DNA of 54,279 nucleotides from a virus (Duplodnaviria > Caudoviricetes), in the IMG/VR virus record IMGVR_UViG_3300049892_000052, positions 1 to 54,279 of that record. One strand, 5' to 3'. The position numbers and the translations under genes were made by a program. Positions 1 through 9,054 of the stretch are shown one piece after another (within the stretch, counting starts at the first letter, position 1; every line of letters begins with the position of its first letter). The notes beneath the pieces are model-generated. The model searched no databases. It was not told the DNA's origin and saw only the letters and a list, made by a program, of their open reading frames with translations.

Positions 1-127
1 GCGAGACTGAGGCACTGGGACTGACGGAACTTGACGGACTCTGGCTTAGCGAGACTGAGGCACTGGGACTGACGGAACTTGACGGACTCTGGCTTAGCGA
101 GACTGAGGCACTGGGACTGACGGAACT
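1..127. repeat. Perfect 48-nt tandem repeat (about 2.6 copies, 16-aa Ser-rich unit)
   Basis: gcgagactgaggcactgggactgacggaacttgacggactctggctta starts at 1, 49 and 97. Confidence 0.9.
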
Positions 128-1672
128 CGATGGGCTCTTGGATAGTGAAATCGACGCTGAGGGCGACACCGAGCTTGATGGGCTTTGGCTGAGTGATACG
201 CTCGCACTCGGGCTCACGCTGCTCGATGGGCTCTTGCTGAGAGAACTTGAGGCACTCGGACTGACGCTCAGGGACGCGCTGGCGCTCGGACTCTGGCTCA
301 GACTGACCGACGCTGAGGGGCTAACGCTACTGGATGGGCTGACAGATGCCGATAGTGACGCGGACGGACTGACGGAACTGGACGGACTCTGGCTGAGTGA
401 AATTGATGCCGACGGCGAGACACTACTGGACGGACTGGTGGAAGCGGAGAGTGACGCGGACGGGCTCACGGAGCTAGACGGACTCTGGCTCAGCGACGCA
501 CTGGCACTCGGGCTTACAGATGCGCTTGGACTCTGACTCGCGGAGTCTGACGCAGACGGACTTACCGACGGACTCATGTTGGAGTTCGGCGCCGTCAGAT
601 GAACCCATGTGACGCTGACTTGTTGCTCGTTAGCAATCAACCAAACGGACAGGTCCGACCAATCCGTTACTGCATCTCGTTCGCCTTGGATCAGCACCCA
701 CCCATACGTTTCTAGGGCCGTGGGATAGACCGTGCGACTTGAAATGAGCGTGGTTCCTTCGCGCAGTTCGATGCGAAGTTCGGCCGGCCCAACAGATGAT
801 GGTGAGGCGCTCGCGGAGGGGCTGGTGCTCAAGCTAGCCGAAGCACTCGGGCTGACGGAACTTGACGGACTCTGACTGAGACTAATCGATGCGGACGGGC
901 TTACTGAGCTTGATGGGCTCTTGGATAGCGAGATGGACGCGGATGGTGAGACCGAGCTGGATGGACTCTGGCTCAATGAGATCGAGGCCGACGGGCTAAC
1001 TGAGGCGGACGGACTCTGGCTCAAACTGCTCGACGCCGATGGGCTGGTCGAGCTTGATGGGCTCTGGCTCAATGAGCCGCTGGCACTGGGACTGACCGAG
1101 CTTGACGGGCTCTGGCTGAGTGAGACCGAGGCCGACGGTGAGACCGAGCTTGATGGACTCACACTGAGCGACGCCGATGCCGAGGGGCTAACAGAAGACG
1201 CGATAGTAAAGGATAGACTCGCTGAGGGACTGACACTCAGCGATGCCGAAGCTGATGGGCTCACGGAACTCGACGGACTCTGGCTCAATGAGCCGCTGGC
1301 ACTGGGACTGACCGAGCTTGACGGGCTCTGGCTAAGTGAGACCGAGGCTGACGGACTGACACTGCTCGACGGACTCTGACTCAGGCTAATTGACGCCGAA
1401 GGACTTTGACTCAGACTCGCGGACGCGGACGGACTGGTGGAGCTAGACGGACTGGTGGAGCTAGACGGACTCTGTGTGAGGGACGCGGACGCCGAGGGCG
1501 ACACACTCAGCGACGCGGACGCCGACGGACTCTGACTCAACGACGCAGACGACCCCGCAGCTGCCGGTGTAAGCACCTGCGGCAGCTTCCAGAGGGACGA
1601 CCGGTACGACGGGAATCTCCCGCGTCCTCCCGGTGCGTGGCGCCGTGGGCGCGTGTCTGAACGTCGGGCCAT
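1..1672 (-). CDS. Ser-rich repeat virion protein, runs off the left window edge (3'-truncated)
   Basis: Missing from the ORF track because no stop is in the window. ATG at 1672 reads MARRSDTRPRRHAPGGRGRFPSY, then (SxSxSP)n repeats interrupted by one globular segment AELRIELREGTTLISSRTV...VSVTWVHLTAP (about 578-795). Confidence 0.85.
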   Translation of the reverse strand, partial: MARRSDTRPRRHAPGGRGRFPSYRSSLWKLPQVLTPAAAGSSASLSQSPSASASLSVSPSASASLTQSPSSSTSPSSSTSPSASASLSQSPSASISLSQSPSSSVSPSASVSLSQSPSSSVSPSASGSLSQSPSSSVSPSASASLSVSPSASLSFTIASSVSPSASASLSVSPSSSVSPSASVSLSQSPSSSVSPSASGSLSQSPSSSTSPSASSSLSQSPSASVSPSASISLSQSPSSSVSPSASISLSKSPSSSVSPSASISLSQSPSSSVSPSASASLSTSPSASASPSSVGPAELRIELREGTTLISSRTVYPTALETYGWVLIQGERDAVTDWSDLSVWLIANEQQVSVTWVHLTAPNSNMSPSVSPSASDSASQSPSASVSPSASASLSQSPSSSVSPSASLSASTSPSSSVSPSASISLSQSPSSSVSPSASLSASVSPSSSVSPSASVSLSQSPSASASLSVSPSASSSLSKSPSSSVSPSASVSLSQSPSSSVSPSASISLSKSPSSSVSPSASVSLSQSPSSSVSPSASVSLSQSPSSSVSPSASVS

Positions 1673-1675
1673 AGT

Positions 1676-2962
1676 TTAGGTGGCGCTTTCTGAACGACTC
1701 ATGCCGTTCCCGACTCGAATACGACTGGTGCCGTCCGGCTTCGGTGCCCAAGAATGCCGACACAAGAACACCGCAGTTGTGAGCCCGATGGTGCCGCCCA
1801 CGGCATGCACGAGTTGCCAATTGGGTTGCGCGCCGGCGTTGAATGTGATCGGGGTGTTCAGAATTGTGAACCCTGCGTTAGTGGGTGCGGCCGGAACAGA
1901 TTGTGATACGACGGTATTGGCGCCATTGTTACGCAGACGAAACGACACGGCCCCATCAGTAGTGCCCGTGGCGCGAAAATTGGCTTCGACTATCGTCAGA
2001 GGAACGGGCAGTGAAAATCGGACCTGCGACTCCGCATACGCTCCAGAAAACTGGGTCGAATGAATGAACAGTGGGGCGTAGTATGTCCCAACAGTCACGA
2101 CTGCACCAGACCCGATGCCGAACATCGTGAAATCGGCGGATTCCCATCGCATGACATAATTCAGTTGCGTCATTGTGATGGAGTTACTCACGCCCGATCC
2201 GGTGGTGACTCGTGTCTTGAGGTAGTCCCCATATCCAAACGTCACGATGTTCACGTCGTCTGTGACGGCCGTCGTGGACCCTGCCGGGATGCTGGCGGTA
2301 ATTGCGGTCGCAACGCTATTTTTCATGAGCGTAATAACGGTGGTGCTGGGTCGAGCATTGGCGGTCATGGCACAACGGAGATGGGAGATGGCGCCACGGC
2401 AGAGCATTGGCGCAACGCCCGTGCCGTCTGTCAGCGACGTCGCACTCCCTCCAAGTCCGGCCGAATACGCTTGGTCATAATAATCGGTTGACGCGCCACT
2501 CCACCCCACACGGCCGGTCCCGTTGCGGTTGCACCCCACTAAATGAAATGGCTGGTCAGTGCTTTTGCACCACATACCGAGGACGTCAACTCCAAGAGAC
2601 CCCGTCGTCCCCCCCGTTACGACTTTCCACGCGGCGGTGTCGCCGGCCGCGTAGGTTGCGGACACCCCACCGTCAAGCGTCACAAGCGTTGTCGCGCCCG
2701 CTGGAAACGTCACCGCGACCGCGGTATCCGCACTGTTCTTTTGCAGGGTCACCGTGGACGTCCCATCGAGTGTATTCAGTTTGGGAAAAAACGAGAACCG
2801 TTGGACCCGCTGCGGAAATGGGATCGGACGCACCGCGGACGTGTCCACCGTCACAACCGGGGGCCCCGTAGCCGAGGTCGTCTGTTCTCCGTAGTGATAG
2901 TAGGCCGTCACGCCAAACACTTGGGCGGTCTGGACGATGTTGGACATACACAGGAGTTCCAT
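1676..2962 (-). CDS. Putative virion accessory protein with tandem beta-sandwich repeats
   Basis: 428 aa. Internal repeat TVTLQKNSADTAVAVTFPAG / VITLMKNSVATAITASIPAG / SFRLRNNGANTVVSQSVPA. TAATG overlap with the upstream stop. Confidence 0.7.
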   Translation of the reverse strand: MELLCMSNIVQTAQVFGVTAYYHYGEQTTSATGPPVVTVDTSAVRPIPFPQRVQRFSFFPKLNTLDGTSTVTLQKNSADTAVAVTFPAGATTLVTLDGGVSATYAAGDTAAWKVVTGGTTGSLGVDVLGMWCKSTDQPFHLVGCNRNGTGRVGWSGASTDYYDQAYSAGLGGSATSLTDGTGVAPMLCRGAISHLRCAMTANARPSTTVITLMKNSVATAITASIPAGSTTAVTDDVNIVTFGYGDYLKTRVTTGSGVSNSITMTQLNYVMRWESADFTMFGIGSGAVVTVGTYYAPLFIHSTQFSGAYAESQVRFSLPVPLTIVEANFRATGTTDGAVSFRLRNNGANTVVSQSVPAAPTNAGFTILNTPITFNAGAQPNWQLVHAVGGTIGLTTAVFLCRHSWAPKPDGTSRIRVGNGMSRSESAT

Positions 2963-3369
2963 TAGGGCACCCGCGTCAGCACCACCAGGCCCGCGCCGAG
3001 CTTCTGGTCGATGTTGCTCTGAATGTTGTTGAGTCGATTCTGCTGAATCCCCGACACCCCGACTTGCAACACACCCGCATCGTCATATGCGGTGGTAAAC
3101 GTGATCCCGCCCACCCACGTCCACTGTCCTTCGGCGTCTGTGGTAAACGTGGACGGATACGTTGTTTTGATTTCTTCGACGAGCGCGTTGAATCGGCATG
3201 CCTCCCCACGCTGGTAGTGTCCGAAAATGTTGTCCCACGCTTGGACAACTGTGCGGGACGCATGTCGCGGGCAGGAACGAATAAACTCCGTGGGGGTAAA
3301 CGTATCGGTGCCCGCGTCATACTCCGCACGGATCGCGCAAGAACAGGAAACCGGTTCATAAATGGGCAT
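2962..3369 (-). CDS. Hypothetical protein (Cys/His motifs SCSC, CPRH)
   Basis: Start moved to MPIYEPV at 3369, preceded by GGAGG. Confidence 0.7.
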   Translation of the reverse strand: MPIYEPVSCSCAIRAEYDAGTDTFTPTEFIRSCPRHASRTVVQAWDNIFGHYQRGEACRFNALVEEIKTTYPSTFTTDAEGQWTWVGGITFTTAYDDAGVLQVGVSGIQQNRLNNIQSNIDQKLGAGLVVLTRVP

Positions 3370-3383
3370 AGGCCCTCCAACGA

Positions 3384-3917
3384 TTAGTTCAAGGCTTCCA
3401 GTGTCAGGATCGTGCCCGTCAGCGTATTGCTGGCACTTGATGCACTCCATGTTGCGGTGAGTGACAGCGCCCAGTCTGCGGTCAAGTCCACGGTTGCTGT
3501 GGCCGGCGCGTCGTAGCCGCTCACACCAAACACGTTGACTAACACCGTGCCTGCTGCGGTATGGACGTGCAGCACGCCCATGACCAAGAGCGTTCCGCTA
3601 GACCCGTTTGAGCGCGTCTGGATCGTCGCTTCCAACGTCCAGTTCACGTTGGTCACTCCCGACCCCATGGTCAAGGCTTCGCTTTGCGCCAACAGCGTAC
3701 CTGCGACACCGCCGTGACGGATTCCAAACGTCATGGTAGGGGTGCCCGTGGTGGAGAGCTTCCCATACGCCCGCAGACGCAACACGCGGCCGTCCTGCAT
3801 GTAGTTGGCAGGAATCGTCGTGTTCGGAAAGATGATTGTTTCGGCCGCGGTACTTGCGACGGCGGTGCCGTCGGAAGTGGTCCAGGCCATTGTTTCGCCC
3901 CAATACTGTCGTGACAT
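3384..3917 (-). CDS. Putative minor virion protein (beta-rich)
   Basis: Start moved to MSRQYW at 3917 after AAGGAG. Thr/Gly-rich beta pattern typical of phage accessory structural proteins. Confidence 0.7.
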   Translation of the reverse strand: MSRQYWGETMAWTTSDGTAVASTAAETIIFPNTTIPANYMQDGRVLRLRAYGKLSTTGTPTMTFGIRHGGVAGTLLAQSEALTMGSGVTNVNWTLEATIQTRSNGSSGTLLVMGVLHVHTAAGTVLVNVFGVSGYDAPATATVDLTADWALSLTATWSASSASNTLTGTILTLEALN

Positions 3918-3939
3918 GTGTTGCTCCTTTGAAAACCAG

Positions 3940-6030
3940 TTAACTGCCGCTTCGGAATTGAATATAGAGGGTGACCGGTCCATCGAGCGGCGTGCCGATG
4001 CCGGTCAATTTCAACTTACACGTATCTTCTGTAGGATCAACCCCGGAACGAATCCAATCGTTTGGGTCGGGCACAAACGGTTCGTCCACGCACTCCCACA
4101 AGGTTGTTCCCGTGCTAGGCGTCCATGATCCCGGTGCGAGATCGCTGACGGGATACGCATGGGCGCCAGGTCCTTCCGACGGTGAAATGCTCGCAGAGGG
4201 AGATGTTGACCCTGACGGGCTAATTGAGCTAGACGGGCTGACCGAACTCGACGGACTCTGGCTGAGCGACGCCGAGGCGGATGGGCTGGTCGAACTCGAT
4301 GGCGATTTACTTAGAGAACTGGACGCCGAGGGACTGATAGAACTCGATGGACTGATACTCTGACTGATCGACGCACTTGGACTCTGGCTCAGTGACGCCG
4401 AGGCCGACGGCGATACGCTGCTGCTCGGACTGATGCTGGCGGACGGACTAACACTGGCGGAATCCGAGGCACTGGGGCTAACGGACGGACTGGCGATATC
4501 CTGCGCTCGGAACGTGATGACTGCAATGGTGCGCTTCGGATTCGGCGGCGGACTTGGACTCGCAGAAATGGAGGCACTCGGACTGGTCGACGCTGACGGA
4601 CTCTGGCTTGCAGAGGCGGACGCGGAGGGACTTACACTCGCGCTCGGGCTAATCGACGGACTGACGATATCAACGGCCCGGAACGTGATAACCCCAATGA
4701 CGCGCTTTGGTTGGGGTGGGGGACTTGGACTGGCGGAGATCGACGCCGACGGACTGACGGAACTCGATGGGCTTTGACTCGACGAAATCGACGCACTCAA
4801 CGACGCGCTTGGGCTCTGGCTCAGCGAGACTGAGGCCGACGGACTCACACTACTCGACGGGCTAATCGAGGGGCTGGCAATATCGACCGCCCGGAATGTG
4901 ATAACTCCGATGACGCGCTTCGGTGGCGGCGGTGGACTCGGACTGGCGGAGATACTCGCACTAGGACTCACGCTGCTCGATGGGCTGACGGAACTCGACG
5001 GGCTCACCGATGCTGAGAAAGACGCGCTCGGGCTCTGCGACGGGCTGGGAATATCTACCGCACGAAACGTGATGACGCCGATGACCCGCTGCGGATTCGC
5101 CGGCGGGCTGGGACTTGCACTCAGGGATGCAGACGGACTGACGGAGCTAGACGGGCTCTTGCTAAGACTGGACGACGCTGACGGACTTTTGGAGAGCGAA
5201 CTTGAGGCCGATGGACTGACAGAACTGAGTCCAGTTGCGGTGAACGAAAACTGTGGCGCGTTGAGCCATCCCTGAATTTGGTCCTTTAGGTCGATAGGGT
5301 ACGACCCGGCGGTTGGGGCTTCTCCGGCGCCAATTTGAGCATAACACTCATTTCCGCTGACCCACGTTGACGCTCGTGGCGATCCGTTGAAATAGACTGT
5401 CGGCGGCCCTGCGCTGTTTGTGAGCGCGGACCCCGTCGTAAACAAATGCAGTTCAAACGCAGTGCTACGTGGCCCGCTGGCGGGGTTAATGTAGTCGGGC
5501 CAGACGCCCGCACCAGAGGGGCTCGCGGACGCCGAGGGACTGACGCTCGACGAGAAGGACGCCGAGGGACTGACGGAACTGGATGGACTTGTAGTGGCAC
5601 TGGCCGACGGGGAGGGACTCTTGGAAGCCGACAGTGACGCCGATGGCGACTGACTTAGAGAGATAGAACTGGCTTCGGTTGGGCTGGCACTCGCACTCGG
5701 ACTTTCACTGGCGCTGTCTGATGCGGATGGTGTGGGGGACGGGGTGTTGAGCGGGTCCGCTGTAAATTGGACCGTCCCATCCGCCATCCCATCCAACGCA
5801 TCTTCAACTTGGACGTTATAGTTTCCTGCGGTCGCAATATCACCAGCGGAAATGCTGCAATGACACTCGTTGTCCCCATCTTTTGTAGTGGACTTCGCGC
5901 CGCCGTCGAACCAGATTGTCGGCCCGCCGTTATCGAGCGTGAAGGCGTCGCCGCTCGTATAGACGGTGAGGACGAACCCGGAGTTGCGTTCTCCGTTGGT
6001 GGGAGAAATGCTGCTAATAGCGCGGGCCAT
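3940..6030 (-). CDS. Ser-rich scaffold protein: two IPT/TIG-like domains, four KRVIGVITFRAVD-type motifs, C-terminal partial domain
   Basis: 696 aa. Ig-like segments ISSISPTNG...QFTA and DYINPASG...FSFTA separated by SxSxSP linkers. Confidence 0.8.
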   Translation of the reverse strand: MARAISSISPTNGERNSGFVLTVYTSGDAFTLDNGGPTIWFDGGAKSTTKDGDNECHCSISAGDIATAGNYNVQVEDALDGMADGTVQFTADPLNTPSPTPSASDSASESPSASASPTEASSISLSQSPSASLSASKSPSPSASATTSPSSSVSPSASFSSSVSPSASASPSGAGVWPDYINPASGPRSTAFELHLFTTGSALTNSAGPPTVYFNGSPRASTWVSGNECYAQIGAGEAPTAGSYPIDLKDQIQGWLNAPQFSFTATGLSSVSPSASSSLSKSPSASSSLSKSPSSSVSPSASLSASPSPPANPQRVIGVITFRAVDIPSPSQSPSASFSASVSPSSSVSPSSSVSPSASISASPSPPPPPKRVIGVITFRAVDIASPSISPSSSVSPSASVSLSQSPSASLSASISSSQSPSSSVSPSASISASPSPPPQPKRVIGVITFRAVDIVSPSISPSASVSPSASASASQSPSASTSPSASISASPSPPPNPKRTIAVITFRAQDIASPSVSPSASDSASVSPSASISPSSSVSPSASASLSQSPSASISQSISPSSSISPSASSSLSKSPSSSTSPSASASLSQSPSSSVSPSSSISPSGSTSPSASISPSEGPGAHAYPVSDLAPGSWTPSTGTTLWECVDEPFVPDPNDWIRSGVDPTEDTCKLKLTGIGTPLDGPVTLYIQFRSGS

Positions 6031-6101
6031 TAGGCGACCCCACGCTTATGCGCTATTCGGATAGAACAGAGCTTGATCGACATGTTGTGAGCAAGCTCCT
6101 G

Positions 6102-7283
6102 TTATGCGTTCCATGGTAAGCCATAGACGCGGTATTCGGCTGTTTGGTTCCCCGCACTGACAATACACCACGTGTAGACTTCGGGGGTGGAGGGGCCCGG
6201 CGCGTAGATACCGGCCTGGAAAACTTCTCCAGGCGGCACAGAGGCCGACGACGCCCACGCGGACCAATCGGCGCCTTCCCATACACGAACAGCGGCCGGC
6301 GCGTTGGACGACGCGATGGTGACCGTCACGGCAATATCGACGCCCGAAAGTGTCGTATTGGCCGACGGTTCGTATTCCGTTTCCTTGTCCGAATTCGTGA
6401 CCGGGTCAAAGGAGAACGGATCGGGTTCGGCATCCGACGCGGACGCCGATGGGCTCACGCTTGCGGAATCTGACGCGGACGGACTGACGCTACGGCTTTC
6501 GGACTGTCCTTCCGGCGGGGTGCTCGGCGACGCGGACGCTGACGGACTCATTGACGACGACTCGCTGGCCGTCGGACTCACGCTGGCGCTGCTACTGGCC
6601 GATGGGCTCACGCTGCTCGACGGACTCTTACTCATTGACGTCGAAGCAGACGGACTCACGCTGGCACTAGAACTACGGTGCACCACGGACATGACCGCGA
6701 CGTTGTTAGTCAAGTATTGTTCGACGTATTTGCTCTGAAGATACTGCGTCTGTTTGGTATTCTGCCCGACTTCGACCCAGCCTGAACCGTTCGCCCACGC
6801 TTCAGTATCCGGGGAGAGGCCAACAGCAAAGAGAATTTGCTTTTCAAATGTCGTATCGAACTGTGCAGACGTGAGCGTGTCCAATTGTGTGTAGGTGAGA
6901 GCGCCATGCACATTCACGGGGTCGCTGGTCGTCACCACACCTTGGACTTCGGTGAGCGTCATGTCCCACACACCGACGTGGTTACCACTCAACGCGACGG
7001 TGACGACGGCGGACCCGGACGCATCCAGATTCCACGCATACCACCATTCAAAACTGTAGTTTTCGTGTTGCGCTCGGTCGATCATGAGCGCCTTCTTCCA
7101 TCGCGTGCTGCCAAGAGAATCGCTGACGCCGGTAATGAGAACGCCCGTGGGATTCGCGAAATGAATCCCCATGAGCAGAAGATTGCCCGCGTTCACCGCA
7201 AATGCGTCGCTCACAAACGAAGCTCCGCCCACCCCCGTGGCGACGGTCTTACTTGCGAAGTGGACAACGTTTGCGTTTTCCAT
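6102..7283 (-). CDS. Virion accessory protein: N-terminal beta domain, Ser stalk, C-terminal PDPFSF Ig-like domain
   Basis: 393 aa, three-part architecture visible in the translation. Confidence 0.75.
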   Translation of the reverse strand: MENANVVHFASKTVATGVGGASFVSDAFAVNAGNLLLMGIHFANPTGVLITGVSDSLGSTRWKKALMIDRAQHENYSFEWWYAWNLDASGSAVVTVALSGNHVGVWDMTLTEVQGVVTTSDPVNVHGALTYTQLDTLTSAQFDTTFEKQILFAVGLSPDTEAWANGSGWVEVGQNTKQTQYLQSKYVEQYLTNNVAVMSVVHRSSSASVSPSASTSMSKSPSSSVSPSASSSASVSPTASESSSMSPSASASPSTPPEGQSESRSVSPSASDSASVSPSASASDAEPDPFSFDPVTNSDKETEYEPSANTTLSGVDIAVTVTIASSNAPAAVRVWEGADWSAWASSASVPPGEVFQAGIYAPGPSTPEVYTWCIVSAGNQTAEYRVYGLPWNA

Positions 7284-7292
7284 TGGGATTCC

Positions 7293-8210
7293 TTACGACC
7301 ACTTGAAGGACAGGACATTGAATGTCGCAGCCTGCCCACCGACGGTAACTTCCATACTCTTGTCCGCGGCGTTTTCTTCAGGCGACAAGACGCGCACTTC
7401 CAAGATGTCGCCCGGATAGAACTGTTCTGAGGTGCTCCAGCCCGACCAGGCGCCGTCGTGGTAGACACGCAGTTCGCCTTCGCCCGCGGTCCGGGATGCG
7501 GTAACCATCGTATCGAATCCGGCGGGGAACGCATCGGACGTTGCGTATTCCGGTTCGGGCGGCACGCCCGGGTCCATCTGCCACGTTGCGGGAGAGAACG
7601 ACCACGGATCGGCCGTTGCGTCGGACGGGGTGGGCGACGGGGTTGCAGACGGAGTGGACGAGATTGACGGGGACTCCGACGGCGAATCGGACGCTGAGAA
7701 CGACGACGACGGGCTGACGCTCGGCGACGGGCTCTTGCTGGCCGACTTTGACGACGACGGGCTGACCGACTTGGACGGCGTGGTGGACACCGATGCGCTC
7801 GGCGAGGCGCTGCCTGAGAGGGACGCCGACGGACTCTTGGACGCGCTCGGACTCTTAGACGCACTCGGTGACTGTGAGCGCGATGGGGACGAGACTTCGA
7901 CGCTCAGATAGAAGCGGTCGTTGCTCCCATTGACGAAACAGACGGACGATCCATAGGGCAGCGCAGTATCAATCCAAAGTGATCCCGGCCGTGCGGCCGC
8001 GACGTGGTCAATGTATTGCCCCCGGAGATAGCGCACGTCTTTGTTGGAGCAGACGTAGAAGACGTTATTGCCCTGTATCCACGGACTGCCGTATTTGGCG
8101 GACGGCACATTGGTCGACAGCACGCCCACCATCGCATAGTCGTTGCCGTCTGCGGCGACGTAATGAAATGTGTTCGTGTCGACCCACCAACTGCCGGCTT
8201 TCTTTGCCAT
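7293..8210 (-). CDS. Virion accessory protein: GSxWxD repeats, Ser stalk, C-terminal DPWSF Ig-like domain
   Basis: 305 aa. GSWWVD / GSPWIQ / GSLWID repeats precede the SPSxS tract. Confidence 0.75.
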   Translation of the reverse strand: MAKKAGSWWVDTNTFHYVAADGNDYAMVGVLSTNVPSAKYGSPWIQGNNVFYVCSNKDVRYLRGQYIDHVAAARPGSLWIDTALPYGSSVCFVNGSNDRFYLSVEVSSPSRSQSPSASKSPSASKSPSASLSGSASPSASVSTTPSKSVSPSSSKSASKSPSPSVSPSSSFSASDSPSESPSISSTPSATPSPTPSDATADPWSFSPATWQMDPGVPPEPEYATSDAFPAGFDTMVTASRTAGEGELRVYHDGAWSGWSTSEQFYPGDILEVRVLSPEENAADKSMEVTVGGQAATFNVLSFKWS

Positions 8211-8213
8211 AAC

Positions 8214-8891
8214 TTAGACCGTCGCCCACATGTCCGTGCCGACAGGGATCACAAGTCGACCCGTTGCGCCCACGAGTTCAAGGACGCCAGTAATGTTCGT
8301 GTTCCCGGTAATTTGTGTGTTCCCGACGACTTCGAATGGATACGACGGGGCCGCGGTCCCGACGCCGACGAGGCCGGCCACCTGGTTGACAAAGAGACAG
8401 GTATGGGACGAGTTTGACACCACGACGTTGCTGGAGAACGTCGCGACGCCGTTGGACACGCTGAACGCACCAATCATCGCAATCGTGTTTGCAGTAATCG
8501 TCGTGTTGCCGGTCCATTCAAATTTGCCGGTCAGTGCGACGTTCGCGGTGCCTGCAAGTGTTTTCGCGAGCGTCATCGCGCCGTTGACGAGGACCGCGGT
8601 CTGGAAGTTCGTGCCACCCGCAGGACGGAACGTGACGAGCGCAGACGCGATATCCACGTTCGCAACGTTCGCAAGGACGGCCACGTTCGACCGCAACTGT
8701 GTCACGCTGCTGTTCGCAAAGACGCTGTTGCTGAGGTTCGTTTCCGTCGTGGCGGCGACCCCAACGCTGAATACACCCTCTGCGGTGATGCCGGTGACGA
8801 CCGCGTTGCTGCGGAGCGTCGTCGCAATTTCATTCGTGAGGTTGTACCACGTCTGGAACGTGCTAGTGGGAACAAGGTTTGCGTGTGGCAT
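8214..8891 (-). CDS. Tail fibre-like structural protein
   Basis: N-terminal STFQTWYNLTNEI motif, GLVGVGTAAPSYPFEVVGN fibre repeat, late promoter upstream. Confidence 0.7.
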   Translation of the reverse strand: MPHANLVPTSTFQTWYNLTNEIATTLRSNAVVTGITAEGVFSVGVAATTETNLSNSVFANSSVTQLRSNVAVLANVANVDIASALVTFRPAGGTNFQTAVLVNGAMTLAKTLAGTANVALTGKFEWTGNTTITANTIAMIGAFSVSNGVATFSSNVVVSNSSHTCLFVNQVAGLVGVGTAAPSYPFEVVGNTQITGNTNITGVLELVGATGRLVIPVGTDMWATV

Positions 8892-8928
8892 AAGTTATGT
8901 CCAAATCTACCGGTAGAGGGTCTCGTGG

Positions 8929-8935
8929 TATTTAG
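8929..8935 (-). promoter_or_regulatory. T4-like late promoter CTAAATA
   Basis: Variant of the T4 TATAAATA late box, recurring before structural genes. Confidence 0.7.
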
Positions 8936-9054
8936 GGATGGGCCCGGGCCGCGATGATCGCCCACTTGATGACCCAATAGAGCGCGGTCAAGAACGCGGA
9001 CCCAAAGAGAATCCAAAACGCGCAGTACCACAGTTCAGGAATCACGATTTTCAT
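8932..9054 (-). CDS. 40-aa hydrophobic membrane peptide
   Basis: MKIVIPELWYCAFWILFGSAFLTALYWVIKWAIIAARAHP. ATGA overlap with the upstream stop; fills the gap. Confidence 0.55.
   Translation of the reverse strand: MKIVIPELWYCAFWILFGSAFLTALYWVIKWAIIAARAHP

Noticed and set aside
1-1560. CRISPR array in the repeated DNA
   Set aside because: The repeats are contiguous, degenerate and codon-phased, with no unique spacers and no cas genes.
4495-5095. Diversity-generating retroelement repeats
   Set aside because: Differences between the motif copies are mostly synonymous rather than adenine-specific, and there is no reverse transcriptase in the window.
138-7911. Plus-strand ORFs rich in DGL/LAE repeats (also 19522-20067)
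   Set aside because: They are antisense shadows of the minus-strand Ser-Pro repeats and have no independent signals.
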